Below, one piece after another: positions 7,963 through 15,444 of a DNA stretch of 15,444 nt. A model generated the notes under the pieces. It was not told the origin of the DNA. It searched no databases and saw only the letters and a program-made list of their open reading frames with translations. Position 1 is the stretch's first letter. Each line of letters opens with the position of its first letter. The translations under genes and the position numbers were made by a program. Source of the DNA: a virus (lineage: Duplodnaviria; Heunggongvirae; Uroviricota; Caudoviricetes); IMG/VR virus record IMGVR_UViG_2531839585_000009, one strand, 5' to 3'.

Positions 7963-8702
7963 TTAACCTGCGGCGCTGACAGCCACCGCAGCCACGGCCA
8001 CAAAATCGCCGTCAGAAGTCATGCCCACAATGCTGACACTGCCCTGCTTCACGCCTTTCACCGTGGCCACAAGCCCGTTCAGGGTCACCGTGGCAGTCTG
8101 TGGATCTGTCGAATGCACACTGATCGCTTTGTCACTGGCTCCGTCAGGTTTTACTGTAAAGGTCAGCGTGGTGGTTGCTCCCACTTTTACACTGGCAGAT
8201 GCCGGTGCCACCGTCAGCCCGGTAACGCCCACGGTTTCAGTGCCTTCCTCTGCCAGATACGGACGCCCCACACCGCTGATTTTCACGGTGCGGGTCATCA
8301 CGTCTTTTGAGGCAATGGTTTTACCCAGTGAACTCAGCCAGCCACGGAAAACATCAACAGTACCGTTGGGATATTTGATACGAAACGCGCAGACTTCACC
8401 GGAGTCGAACAACTGAACCAGTTTTTTCTGCCCGCTGTCACCCGGACGCCAGGCCAGCGTCGCCGAAGTATCACCGACGGATTTCTGCCCCTGGGTTGTC
8501 GTTTTCCAGTCTGCATCTTCATCATCGAGATAAGTGTCATCTTCTGCATCAGCGGTCATTTCGCCAGGTTGCAGATCCTTCACCATCGCAAGACGCACCA
8601 GTCAGTGTCCGAAAAGGGTTCGCAAACGCATCGCCTTGCCGGTTACATCCAGAACGTCGTTCCCGCACCTTTCGTTTTTGCCAGTGGATTTGGTGTGGTC
8701 AT
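7963..8702 (-). pseudogene. V: Major tail tube protein V (lambda gpV family) with C-terminal Ig-like (Big_2-type) domain; the first ~100 nt carry about 4 single-base deletions, the remaining 211 codons are intact
   Basis: ATG 8702 with AAGGAGGTG 5 nt upstream: MTTPNPLAKTKGAGTTFWM then in-frame TAA; the pieces TGK, DAFANPF, PFSDTDW and RLAMVKDLQPGEMTADAEDDTYLDDEDADW lie in alternating frames and together reconstruct the lambda gpV N-terminus. ORF 7963..8598 continues ...YPNGTVDVFRGWLSSLGK...RTVKISGVGRP... and ends with an Ig-like segment (LTVAPASASVKVGATTTLTFTVKPDGASDKAISVHSTDPQTATVT...). Confidence 0.85.
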
Positions 8703-8712
8703 TACCACCTCC

Positions 8713-9126
8713 TTAATTCGTGTACGTGATCTGGTACGTGATTTCCGCCATCGCCCAGGTGGCCATCTCATTATCACGTTGATAGTTAAAACCGAGTGGG
8801 ATCAGGGTGTCGATGAGTCCGGAAAGTGCCGGTATATCATTCAGGGCCGGGAAAATGGTGCTCTCCATCCACATATCCAGCTCTGAATCCGGTGCCTGTG
8901 CCCGGATGAAGACAGCAATATGCAGAACAGCCTGCCAGTCATCTTCATCCGTCATTTTTCCGGTGTACTGAGCATCACTCAGCCACACTGCCACGGCAGG
9001 CAGTTCCTGCGCATCAACAAATGCCGGAAGCCCGTCAAAAAACGTGGCGCTGTCTCCACACTGTTCCCGAAGGCGTGCTAGTACGGCCTGGCGGATTTGT
9101 GTATGTCGGTTCATCGGGTCAGCCAT
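8713..9126 (-). CDS. U: Tail terminator protein U (lambda gpU family)
   Basis: Intact ORF; ...ATFFDGLPAFVDAQELPAVAVWLSDAQYTGK...WQAVLHIAVFIRAQAPDSELDMWMESTIFPALNDIPALSGLIDTL...YQITYTN aligns with lambda gpU (ATFFDGRPAVFDEADFPAVAVYLTGAEYTGE...PDSELDAWMESRIYPVMSDIPALSDLITSM...YVITYEM). Start could be ATG 9126 or ATG 9114. Confidence 0.85.
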   Translation of the reverse strand: MADPMNRHTQIRQAVLARLREQCGDSATFFDGLPAFVDAQELPAVAVWLSDAQYTGKMTDEDDWQAVLHIAVFIRAQAPDSELDMWMESTIFPALNDIPALSGLIDTLIPLGFNYQRDNEMATWAMAEITYQITYTN

Positions 9127-9689
9127 AACCTCAGTTGTTGTTTCAGTGCATACCCCAGCTGTTTCGGCATTTCCGCAGCAATAATGCGGTCGCGGGCATC
9201 TTCAAATGCTTGTGTCAGCGGTCCGGACAGCGGGACTTTCACCACATCAATGGGGTAACGATTTTTGCCATCAATACGCCGCATCACATGCCAGCGACCA
9301 TTCGCCAGTTGCTGAATAAACGCATCCCGGAAAAGATATTTACCCACCTTCAGCACACTGCCACGGTACTGCAGTTTTCCACCACGCCGGGCCAGTCTGA
9401 CCCGGGCTGTCCCCAGCTTAATAGCGGGCAGATTGCCCCGGTTAACGCGGATCCTGGCCGTCATTTTTCCTGACGGACTGGCTTTAAACACCCGGACACG
9501 CTGACGTACCAGTTTCAGGGGGATCCCTTTCACCTGGTTATCTCCCGCAACGGTATTCCCGGCAACCTGCCGGGTGGCGACCGAGACCGCTTTCTGTGCC
9601 ACACGGTTTATCGCCCATGCGCTGGCCTGTGGCACCATACGGGTATCAAGGCTGTTCAGATTACGGATGGCATTCTCAAGCCCCTTCAT
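9111..9689 (-). CDS. Z: Tail completion protein Z (lambda gpZ-like by position and size, 192 aa)
   Basis: Intact 192-aa ORF, ATG 9689 preceded by AGAGGTG; basic, Arg-rich; sits between the FII-like gene and U exactly as lambda Z does and overlaps U by 16 nt. Identity is inferred mainly from synteny and length. Confidence 0.7.
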   Translation of the reverse strand: MKGLENAIRNLNSLDTRMVPQASAWAINRVAQKAVSVATRQVAGNTVAGDNQVKGIPLKLVRQRVRVFKASPSGKMTARIRVNRGNLPAIKLGTARVRLARRGGKLQYRGSVLKVGKYLFRDAFIQQLANGRWHVMRRIDGKNRYPIDVVKVPLSGPLTQAFEDARDRIIAAEMPKQLGYALKQQLRLWLTR

Positions 9690-9700
9690 CCCACACCTCT

Positions 9701-9976
9701 TTACTCAATAAAGATCATTGGCTTACCGTTAAAGCGTTCATGCCGTGTGACCGTCCATTGTTGTCCGTCATAAACAACGCGATCCCCGCGCCGTGGGCGG
9801 TATCCCGAAGAAAACACCACCAGAGATACCGCAGGTCCGGACAGAGCATTCAGCTCTGCCAGTGTTTCTCCCGGGATCACAGTCATATCGGCATCATTAA
9901 TCGAGGCTGTCTTTCCCATCTTTCTGACCGTGATCGCATCCATACGCGCTGCCAGCCGGGAAAAGGGATCAGACAT
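9701..9976 (-). CDS. Head-tail joining protein (lambda gpFII-like)
   Basis: Intact 91-aa ORF; PFSRLAARMDAITVRKMGKTASI...VSLVVFSSGYRPRRGDRVVYDGQQWTVTRHE parallels lambda FII (...AIARADETIRGYMGTSATI...PSLFVRTDEVRQLRRGDTLTIGEENFWVDRV); overlaps the upstream gene by 8 nt. Confidence 0.6.
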   Translation of the reverse strand: MSDPFSRLAARMDAITVRKMGKTASINDADMTVIPGETLAELNALSGPAVSLVVFSSGYRPRRGDRVVYDGQQWTVTRHERFNGKPMIFIE

Positions 9977-10292
9977 TGAGTTTTACCGGCACTTCTTCTG
10001 CACTGGTTCCGGCATCTGCCCAGACAACCCCGACCAGCGGATCAGAGCCGCTGTTAGTCAGCTGAACTTTTCCGGACTTCAGATAAACCTTCTTACCCGT
10101 TTTCATGTCATCCGTTTTCAGCTTAGGCAGCATAAACACACCTTCGGTCATGCCGTCGCCTGTTTCACCCTGTGGAATATCGGTCAGCGCCACCGCAAAA
10201 ACATCACCCACCTGCACCAGATCTCCGCTGCTGATGGCTGCACTGGCAACAATCGCCACCGTTTTTCCTTCTTCTACAAAATTCTTTGCCAT
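9969..10292 (-). CDS. DUF2190-like small phage head protein (possible decoration/cement protein)
   Basis: Start most likely ATG 10292 (MAKNFVEEGKTVAIVASAAISSGDLVQVGDVFAVALTDIPQGETGDGMTEGVFMLPK...KVYLKSGKVQLT..) with GGAGA 6 nt upstream; the ORF-track extension to 10337 would run through the terminator hairpin. Family assignment is from memory of the motif pattern, not a search. Confidence 0.5.
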   Translation of the reverse strand: MAKNFVEEGKTVAIVASAAISSGDLVQVGDVFAVALTDIPQGETGDGMTEGVFMLPKLKTDDMKTGKKVYLKSGKVQLTNSGSDPLVGVVWADAGTSAEEVPVKLNV

Positions 10293-10305
10293 AACTGTCT
10301 CCGCA

Positions 10306-10324
10306 CAGCCCCGTTCAGGGGCTG
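10306..10324 (-). other. Second stem-loop abutting the Shine-Dalgarno sequence of the DUF2190-like gene
   Basis: Plus-strand CAGCCCC-GTTCA-GGGGCTG (7-bp perfect stem); on the minus strand it ends 3 nt before the GGAGA RBS; no U-tract follows. Confidence 0.4.
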
Positions 10325-10335
10325 ATTTCAGGTAC

Positions 10336-10355
10336 AAAAAAAGCCCTTACGGGCC
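10336..10355 (-). terminator. Intrinsic terminator immediately downstream of the protease/capsid gene
   Basis: Minus-strand reading GGCCC-GTAA-GGGC followed by TTTTTTT: GC stem with GNRA-type tetraloop and a 7-U tract, 23 nt after the capsid stop codon (10379..10381). Confidence 0.7.
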
Positions 10356-10378
10356 ATCAGAGTTGTTGTCTGCGACGT

Positions 10379-12334
10379 TTACGCCGTACATTTCACCAGA
10401 CCGCGGTGATCAACTGGCGCGACACCGGCGTCAATACGCACTTTCGTTGTCACGCCATCCACACTGAAGCCCTCCATCTGATCAATATATGGCGTATCCA
10501 CACCGTTGAGATAAGCCACTTCAATCGTATCGGAGCCTTTTGACGCAGCCAGGTAGAAGGTGGTCAGGCTGTTATCATCAAGACGAGGCTCTGCAATAAC
10601 GGTCGCAAAATCTTTCACCGGGTTAATAATACCGGCGTTAATGTCAGCCCCCTTGACACTTGAGGAGCGAATGACCTGGTTAGCAACAGACTCCATCGCC
10701 GTCGGTACCAGTACGAACGCAGGACGAATATTCAGATGACGCTCCCCCTCTTTCTGAACGCGCATCAACTGGCGGGCTTTATCCAGCGATGCCACGTCCA
10801 TTGCAGCGCTCTCCAGTACGTTTGCATGTTTCGCTTTATCGAACAGACTTACATTATCTGTGGAGATTTTCGGGTTAGACGTCAGAATGGCATAAACCAG
10901 ATCGGCAATAGTGGATTTCGCCGCACGGCCCAGCTTCATCGGGACATCGGTCAGCATATTCAGATCATCATTGATAATGGCCTGACGGGTGATACTGAAC
11001 AGCTCGCCATAGGTCGCCAGTGCAATAGTGGCCTGTTTATCTCCGGTGGTGACGTATTTATATTCCGCCCCTTCACGCACCTGACGCAGAGCACTGAAGC
11101 CCCCCATACCCACACGATGGGCAATTTTAAAATCAGACAACTGACCTTTCCGCGTCCACTGTTCATAGGTTTCAGGGGCATCTTCCCAGCCCTGCAGAAT
11201 GGCTTTGTTCGCAACATCCAGCAGAATATTACCGAAGTCAGACGTACTGTGTGTGAACGCCGCACCGACCATCTGCATCGGGTTATAACTGGAAACCCCA
11301 ATACCCCGTTCAGTCAGTGACATACGGGCATATTCACGCAGGGTCATCCCGTTGTAGACATTATCACGTTCGGTTTTTTCAAATCCGGCACGCGCCATCA
11401 GCGCCTGGCGGATCCCGTCCCCCACAAAATTACCGTTACCGGCATAAATATGAGCCGGGGTATTTTTATTGGATGGCGTGGACTCGCGCCCCATCTCGTT
11501 CAACAGCTTTTCGCGGGCCTGCTCCAGCGAACATTCAGGATCGGCAAGACACTGAGCCTGCAGCGTCTGATAACGCCCGCCAAACATGGCAAACAGATCA
11601 TTAATACCGTTTACACGCGCTTTTTGCTCTGCCAGTACCTGCGCACGGATACTGTTTTCATCCACCACGGGTGCTGCTGCCTGCACTGGCGTCCGGGAAG
11701 CTGCAGGTTCATTATCCTGTACGCGTGGAGCACTGTTGCGTGGCGGAGTAATCATGTTTCGAATGGATTCCGGCATCTTTTTAAATTCCTCTGTACGTTT
11801 TGACTGAATACATGCCATTGCCTTAACGGCTGGCGTCACCTGATCAGCAAATCCCTGTGCCAGACATTCGGCACCGGACATCCAGGTCTCATCCGCCAGC
11901 ATGGCAGCAATTTCATCGGTGGTTTTCCCGGTTTTCTGTGCATAAGCGGGTAACAGAACCGCCTCAACTTATCGAGCAGGTCGGCATAGGTGCGCATGTC
12001 CTCCGCATCACCGCCCGTAAAGCCAAATGGTTTATGAATCATCATGAAGGTGTTTTCCGGCATAATGACCGGTTTCCCACCATCGCAATGACCGACGCCA
12101 TTGAGCCGCCACACCGTCGACATAAACGGTAATGGACGCACCATGTGTTTTCAGCGCATTAAAAATGGCGATGCCTTCAAAGACATCGCCACCCGGTGAA
12201 TTGATATGGAGATTAATGTGGGTGATATCGCCCAGTGCATTCAGATCACTGATAAACTGCTTCGCTGTAACCCCCCAGAAACCAATCTCGTCATAAATAT
12301 AAATATCCGCGTCACTCTGGTGACCAGCCTGCAT
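10379..12334 (-). pseudogene. Fused prohead protease (ClpP / S14-like) - linker - major capsid protein (HK97-fold); protease part broken by at least 3 single-base deletions, capsid part (507 codons, 10379..11902) intact
   Basis: Protease pieces: DIYIYDEIGFWGV...INSPGGDVFEGIAIFNALKTHGASITVYVDGVAA (ORF 12032..12439), then SMASVIAM in the third frame (catalytic Ser context), then GKPVIMPENTFMMIHKPFGFTGGDAEDMRTYADLLDKL (ORF 11836..12144; MIHxP His motif), then the capsid frame from EAVLLPAYAQKTGKTTDEIAAMLADETW onward. Putative start ATG 12334 (weak RBS, uncertain). Confidence 0.8.
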
Positions 12335-12380
12335 CCTGAACCAGGAATTATTCTTCGGACTGGTCGTCGGTGTACTGCGG

Positions 12381-13852
12381 CTACTGTCGTTTCGTTGCGG
12401 CACTGCTGCCTCCTTTATCACTGGCCGGATCGGTATCAAATACTAGGTCCAGCTTGCGGTTTTCATCAATTTCGGCCTTGCGCCGACGTTTGACATCATC
12501 CGGATTACGACCACCTGCACGTACCCAGTCTGATTCTGTCGCCGCTCCACCACGAATCTGGATTTTCCAGGCCTCAGCCTCCTTAACAGGATCAATCCAC
12601 GGCATCACCGGTCCGGAATACACCGCGGTATACAGTGAAGAACGGTCAAGATCGCGGGGTAGCCTGATAACACCGGATGCCACAGCCTGTTTCAGCCAGG
12701 CACGATACATCGGGCGGGTGACGGCACCAATAAACCAGTCCTGCAGGATCAGGTAGCCATCAGTGGATTCAACCAGCTCCTGACGCTGGGCGCTGTAAGT
12801 GCCGTTATAGTTGCGCGCTGTACTGGAAAAACTCAGACGACTGCCCGCCGCCACGGCACGCAACTGACCATTACGAAAAGTTTCAAGGTTAGGATTGGGG
12901 CGATCCGACTTCACCATTCCGATTTCTTCGCCGGGTTTCAGATCGTCGTAAATAATGCCTGGCTGAATGGTAAGCTCGCGTTCCTTATCCTTGCTGCCAT
13001 TACCATCCGTTTCATAGCTCTGTCCGTCGCCTTTGCGGATGTACATCCCCAGAGCAGCGGCGACCCTTGCTGCAGTCAGCTCAGAATCTTCATACTCTTT
13101 CAGGGCGCTGAGGCGGATCAGCACACCGGACAATAAAGACGTCCCGCGCATCTGGTGCAGACGGCGAACAAATTTAAGATGCAGCATTCGCTCTGCATCC
13201 ACTTCTTTGGTTTCCATCTGCCGTCCGGATACAGGACGACTTTTATACACCAGATATTTTTCGGGACGCCCCCAGTCATCAACAAACACGCCCTGATTCA
13301 GCCTGTTGCTCTCATCACTGGTCATGGGAATAAAGTCCGGCTCGAGCGCCTCCAGCCAGAAATGAACACCGGCAGAAGGCGTCAGGCTGTTTATGCGCCC
13401 GGAAACCATCTGGGCAAACACCTCACCATCGCGCAGCCAGGTACGCAGCATCAGACGTTCCAGCATCGGACGGGTAAACTGCCCGGTGACTCCGGCTGAC
13501 AGACCATTCACTCCATCGGGTCGATCTCCGCTGCCAGATCACGGGCAATGGCCCCATTGCGTAATACCGGATGTGGCTCGACAATAATCCCGTTTTTCCC
13601 CACCACCCGTTCTTCCAGCTTGTCAAATACACCAATAACCAGATCGTGGTTGTTATCAAGGTAACGGGCCTGCTCACGTAACGACACGGCCCCGTACTGG
13701 CTTAGCTGGTCGGCAGTTCGGTTCTCCCGTCGGGCTTTGTGTGTCCGCGTCGTTTTTACGGCTTCATAAGCCTGGATCACCGCACGGGAACGCAGCCTTG
13801 CCGCTTTCCATCCAGGTGAAAAAACGCCAATCACATCATCAAGAATTGCCAT
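12381..13852 (-). pseudogene. Portal protein (lambda-type portal family); one frameshift near 13510
   Basis: ATG 13852 overlaps the W stop (TGATG), GAGG about 8 nt upstream: MAILDDVIGVFSPGWKAARLRSRAVIQAYEAVKTTRTHKARRENRTADQLSQYGAVSLREQARYLDNNHDLVIGVFDKLEERVVGKNG... runs to a stop at 13508; the remaining 376 codons (ORF 12381..13511) continue in another frame. Total span 1472 nt, not a multiple of 3. Placement between W and the protease/capsid gene and the size (about 490 aa) fit a portal. Confidence 0.8.
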
Positions 13853-14064
13853 CAGAACCTCGCCAGCCGGTACCCGGGATGCCCCCGTCGTCGTGTAATC
13901 AGAGCCGCAAGGCGGCGCTCCCACTCCTGCCGTCCCTGTCGGATCTCAGATAAGTTTTCCATTGTCATCTGCTGACCATTAAAGGTGACGGATTTTCCGT
14001 CCAGCACCGCCATTTCAGCTTCCGTATAACGCTGAATCATGGCTTCGATATCATTCTGGTTCAT
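13852..14064 (-). CDS. W: Head-tail joining protein W-like (lambda gpW family)
   Basis: Small intact ORF between terminase and portal; ...LDGKSVTFNGQQMTMENLSEIRQGRQEWERRLAAL..RRRG resembles lambda gpW (...[50 protein letters not shown]). GGAGG lies 6 nt before the second ATG (14064), so that is the more likely start than 14070. Confidence 0.7.
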   Translation of the reverse strand: MNQNDIEAMIQRYTEAEMAVLDGKSVTFNGQQMTMENLSEIRQGRQEWERRLAALITRRRGHPGYRLARF

Positions 14065-15444
14065 AACCATCCTCCGGAAGTCAGCCAGGGGTTAACATCG
14101 TCAGTTACTGTTTTCTTCCGTTTTTGTTTTTTAACAGGCGTGGATACCGGTTCCGGTGAGGGTGACGGTTCGGTACTGTCCGGGACACACTCCAGCCAGG
14201 TTTCCCGGCTCGCCCACTCCGGTGCATCCGGCCAGCGGATCTTTTCGTATCCATGCAGAATGACCAGAGCCTCGGCATACACCATCAGGTCAAAAGCTTC
14301 GTTGGCACCGCGACCCGGCTTACTCCATTTCCCGTCACTGCTCCGCTCTTCATACGTCAGTTCGTCGTAAAACCAGCTCCCCAGCCAGTCAGGGAAATGC
14401 ACATAGCCGGGACCTGGCGAGTCACGCCATAACGCGTTATTCACCCGTCTTTCAGGGCATCCGTCTGAAGAAGCCAGAGCGGCACATCACCTGCGGCCTG
14501 CGCCCGTCGGCCCGTTCGTCCGGTGTTATCAGGGAATGTACGGGTGATCAGTTTTGCGCGCCGGATGCTGTCGCCCTTAAACAGGTAAATACGTTTACCA
14601 AGGCCATCACGACGGCAACGACGCCAGAATTTATAGGCATTATCAGTGACCCCGTCTTCACCGCCGGAGTCCACCGCCATTGCCATCAGTCGCATTTGTT
14701 GAGAAGGATCGGAGGCCAGCGGCCAGCTTTTATGAAAAACATCCGTCAGCAGGACATCCCAGTCTTCCGGATAGCTGGCCGGATCAATTCGCTGGCTCTC
14801 CCCGTCGCTGTCACCGCGCAATGACTGCGTGATGTTGTAACGATCAATAATCCAGCGTTCGCCACGGCTGCCATAGCCCGTTACCTGAACCACAAAACGG
14901 CGATGACGTCCCGCCTGCACATCCACTGTCGCCACAAGGAAATTAACGCCATCCGGCACACTGCGGGAAGGAACTGGCTCTGCCCGCTGCTCAAGCAATT
15001 CACTTTTTCGTTGCTCCATGCTGGCACGAGGAAGATAAGGCAATCCCCAGTCGGTGTTGATAACCGCCCTGAGTGTTTCTTCGCTTCCTGTCGCTTCATA
15101 CTCCTGTTCTGCAGTCAGTAATTTGTAAACCAGTTGCGCCCAGGTCTGATACGCAGCAGCTGGCCCTTCCATCCAGAAACTGGCGATACGGGAGCGGCGC
15201 GGTTCACCGGAAACGTTGCCGTTACGATCAATGACCTGCCCTTCACGCAACCAGACTCCTGCACTATTGAGCTCACGCTTTTTCTCCGCAGTGATAATGC
15301 CGCTGCAGTGCGGGCAAAGTAGATACGCCGCCTCACTGGCTTTGTAACCGGCTCATTTAAACCGTCTGGTCTGTTTCCTCCGGCTCTACAAAAATAATGT
15401 CCATCATTTTTAATGGACACTATCGTATGAAACACCGGACCTGG
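14061..15444 (-). pseudogene. A: Terminase large subunit (lambda gpA / Terminase_GpA family), C-terminal ~460 codons; 5' end lies beyond the window end; at least 2 frameshifts
   Basis: Three consecutive frames: 15444 to about 15365; about 15365 to 14441 (..LCPHCSGIITAEKK...FLVATVDVQAGRHRRFVVQVTGYGSRGERWIIDRYNI...MAMAVDSGGEDGV..., compare lambda gpA ACPHCGEEQ / YLTAGIDSQLDRYEMRVWGWGPGEESWLIDRQII / ICWDTGGIDP); 14444 to 14061 (..GPGYVHFPDW...ANEAFDLMVYAEALV, compare lambda PGAVHFPNN...RNEALDCFVYALAAL). The 14441 junction reads GACGGGTGAAT where one extra G would restore ..KD.VNNALW. Confidence 0.85.

Noticed and set aside
1-15444. Search for morons, toxin-antitoxin pairs, defence genes, tRNAs, CRISPR repeats, IS elements or att sites
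   Set aside because: None found. Intergenic gaps are 60 nt or less apart from one 86-nt gap, and each gap over 50 nt is accounted for by a hairpin; there are no direct repeat arrays and no inverted-repeat-flanked insertions. The window is wholly internal to the late operon, so cos and att lie outside it.

Overview
The whole window is the late structural operon of a lambdoid siphovirus-type prophage, with every gene on the minus strand in canonical order (window end towards window start): large terminase (3' ~1.4 kb only) - W-like head-tail protein - portal - fused ClpP-type prohead protease/major capsid protein - DUF2190-like head protein - FII-like head-tail joining protein - Z - U - major tail protein V - chaperones G and G-T - tape measure H - tail tip proteins M, L, K, I - 5' 1.8 kb of J. 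I found no RNA genes, CRISPR arrays, IS elements or cargo genes, and I do not see an undescribed system here: every gap larger than 50 nt is explained by an RNA hairpin. The most notable feature is that many genes are broken by single-base frameshifts in a strikingly patchy pattern: J, I, K, L, M, the 5' end of V, the protease domain, portal and terminase are interrupted, whereas H (3 kb), the capsid domain (1.5 kb), G/T, U, Z, FII-like and DUF2190-like are intact. Every break I could reconstruct is a one-base deletion, several in homopolymer runs, which points to either a decaying cryptic prophage or, more likely in my view, uncorrected sequencing/polishing errors. Other points of interest are intrinsic terminators placed directly after the capsid gene and after V, a hairpin before J, a G/G-T -1 frameshift site, and a mosaic join between lambda-like tail tip genes and a non-lambda head module. 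Protein identifications rest on my reading of the translations against remembered lambda protein sequences; no database search was run.
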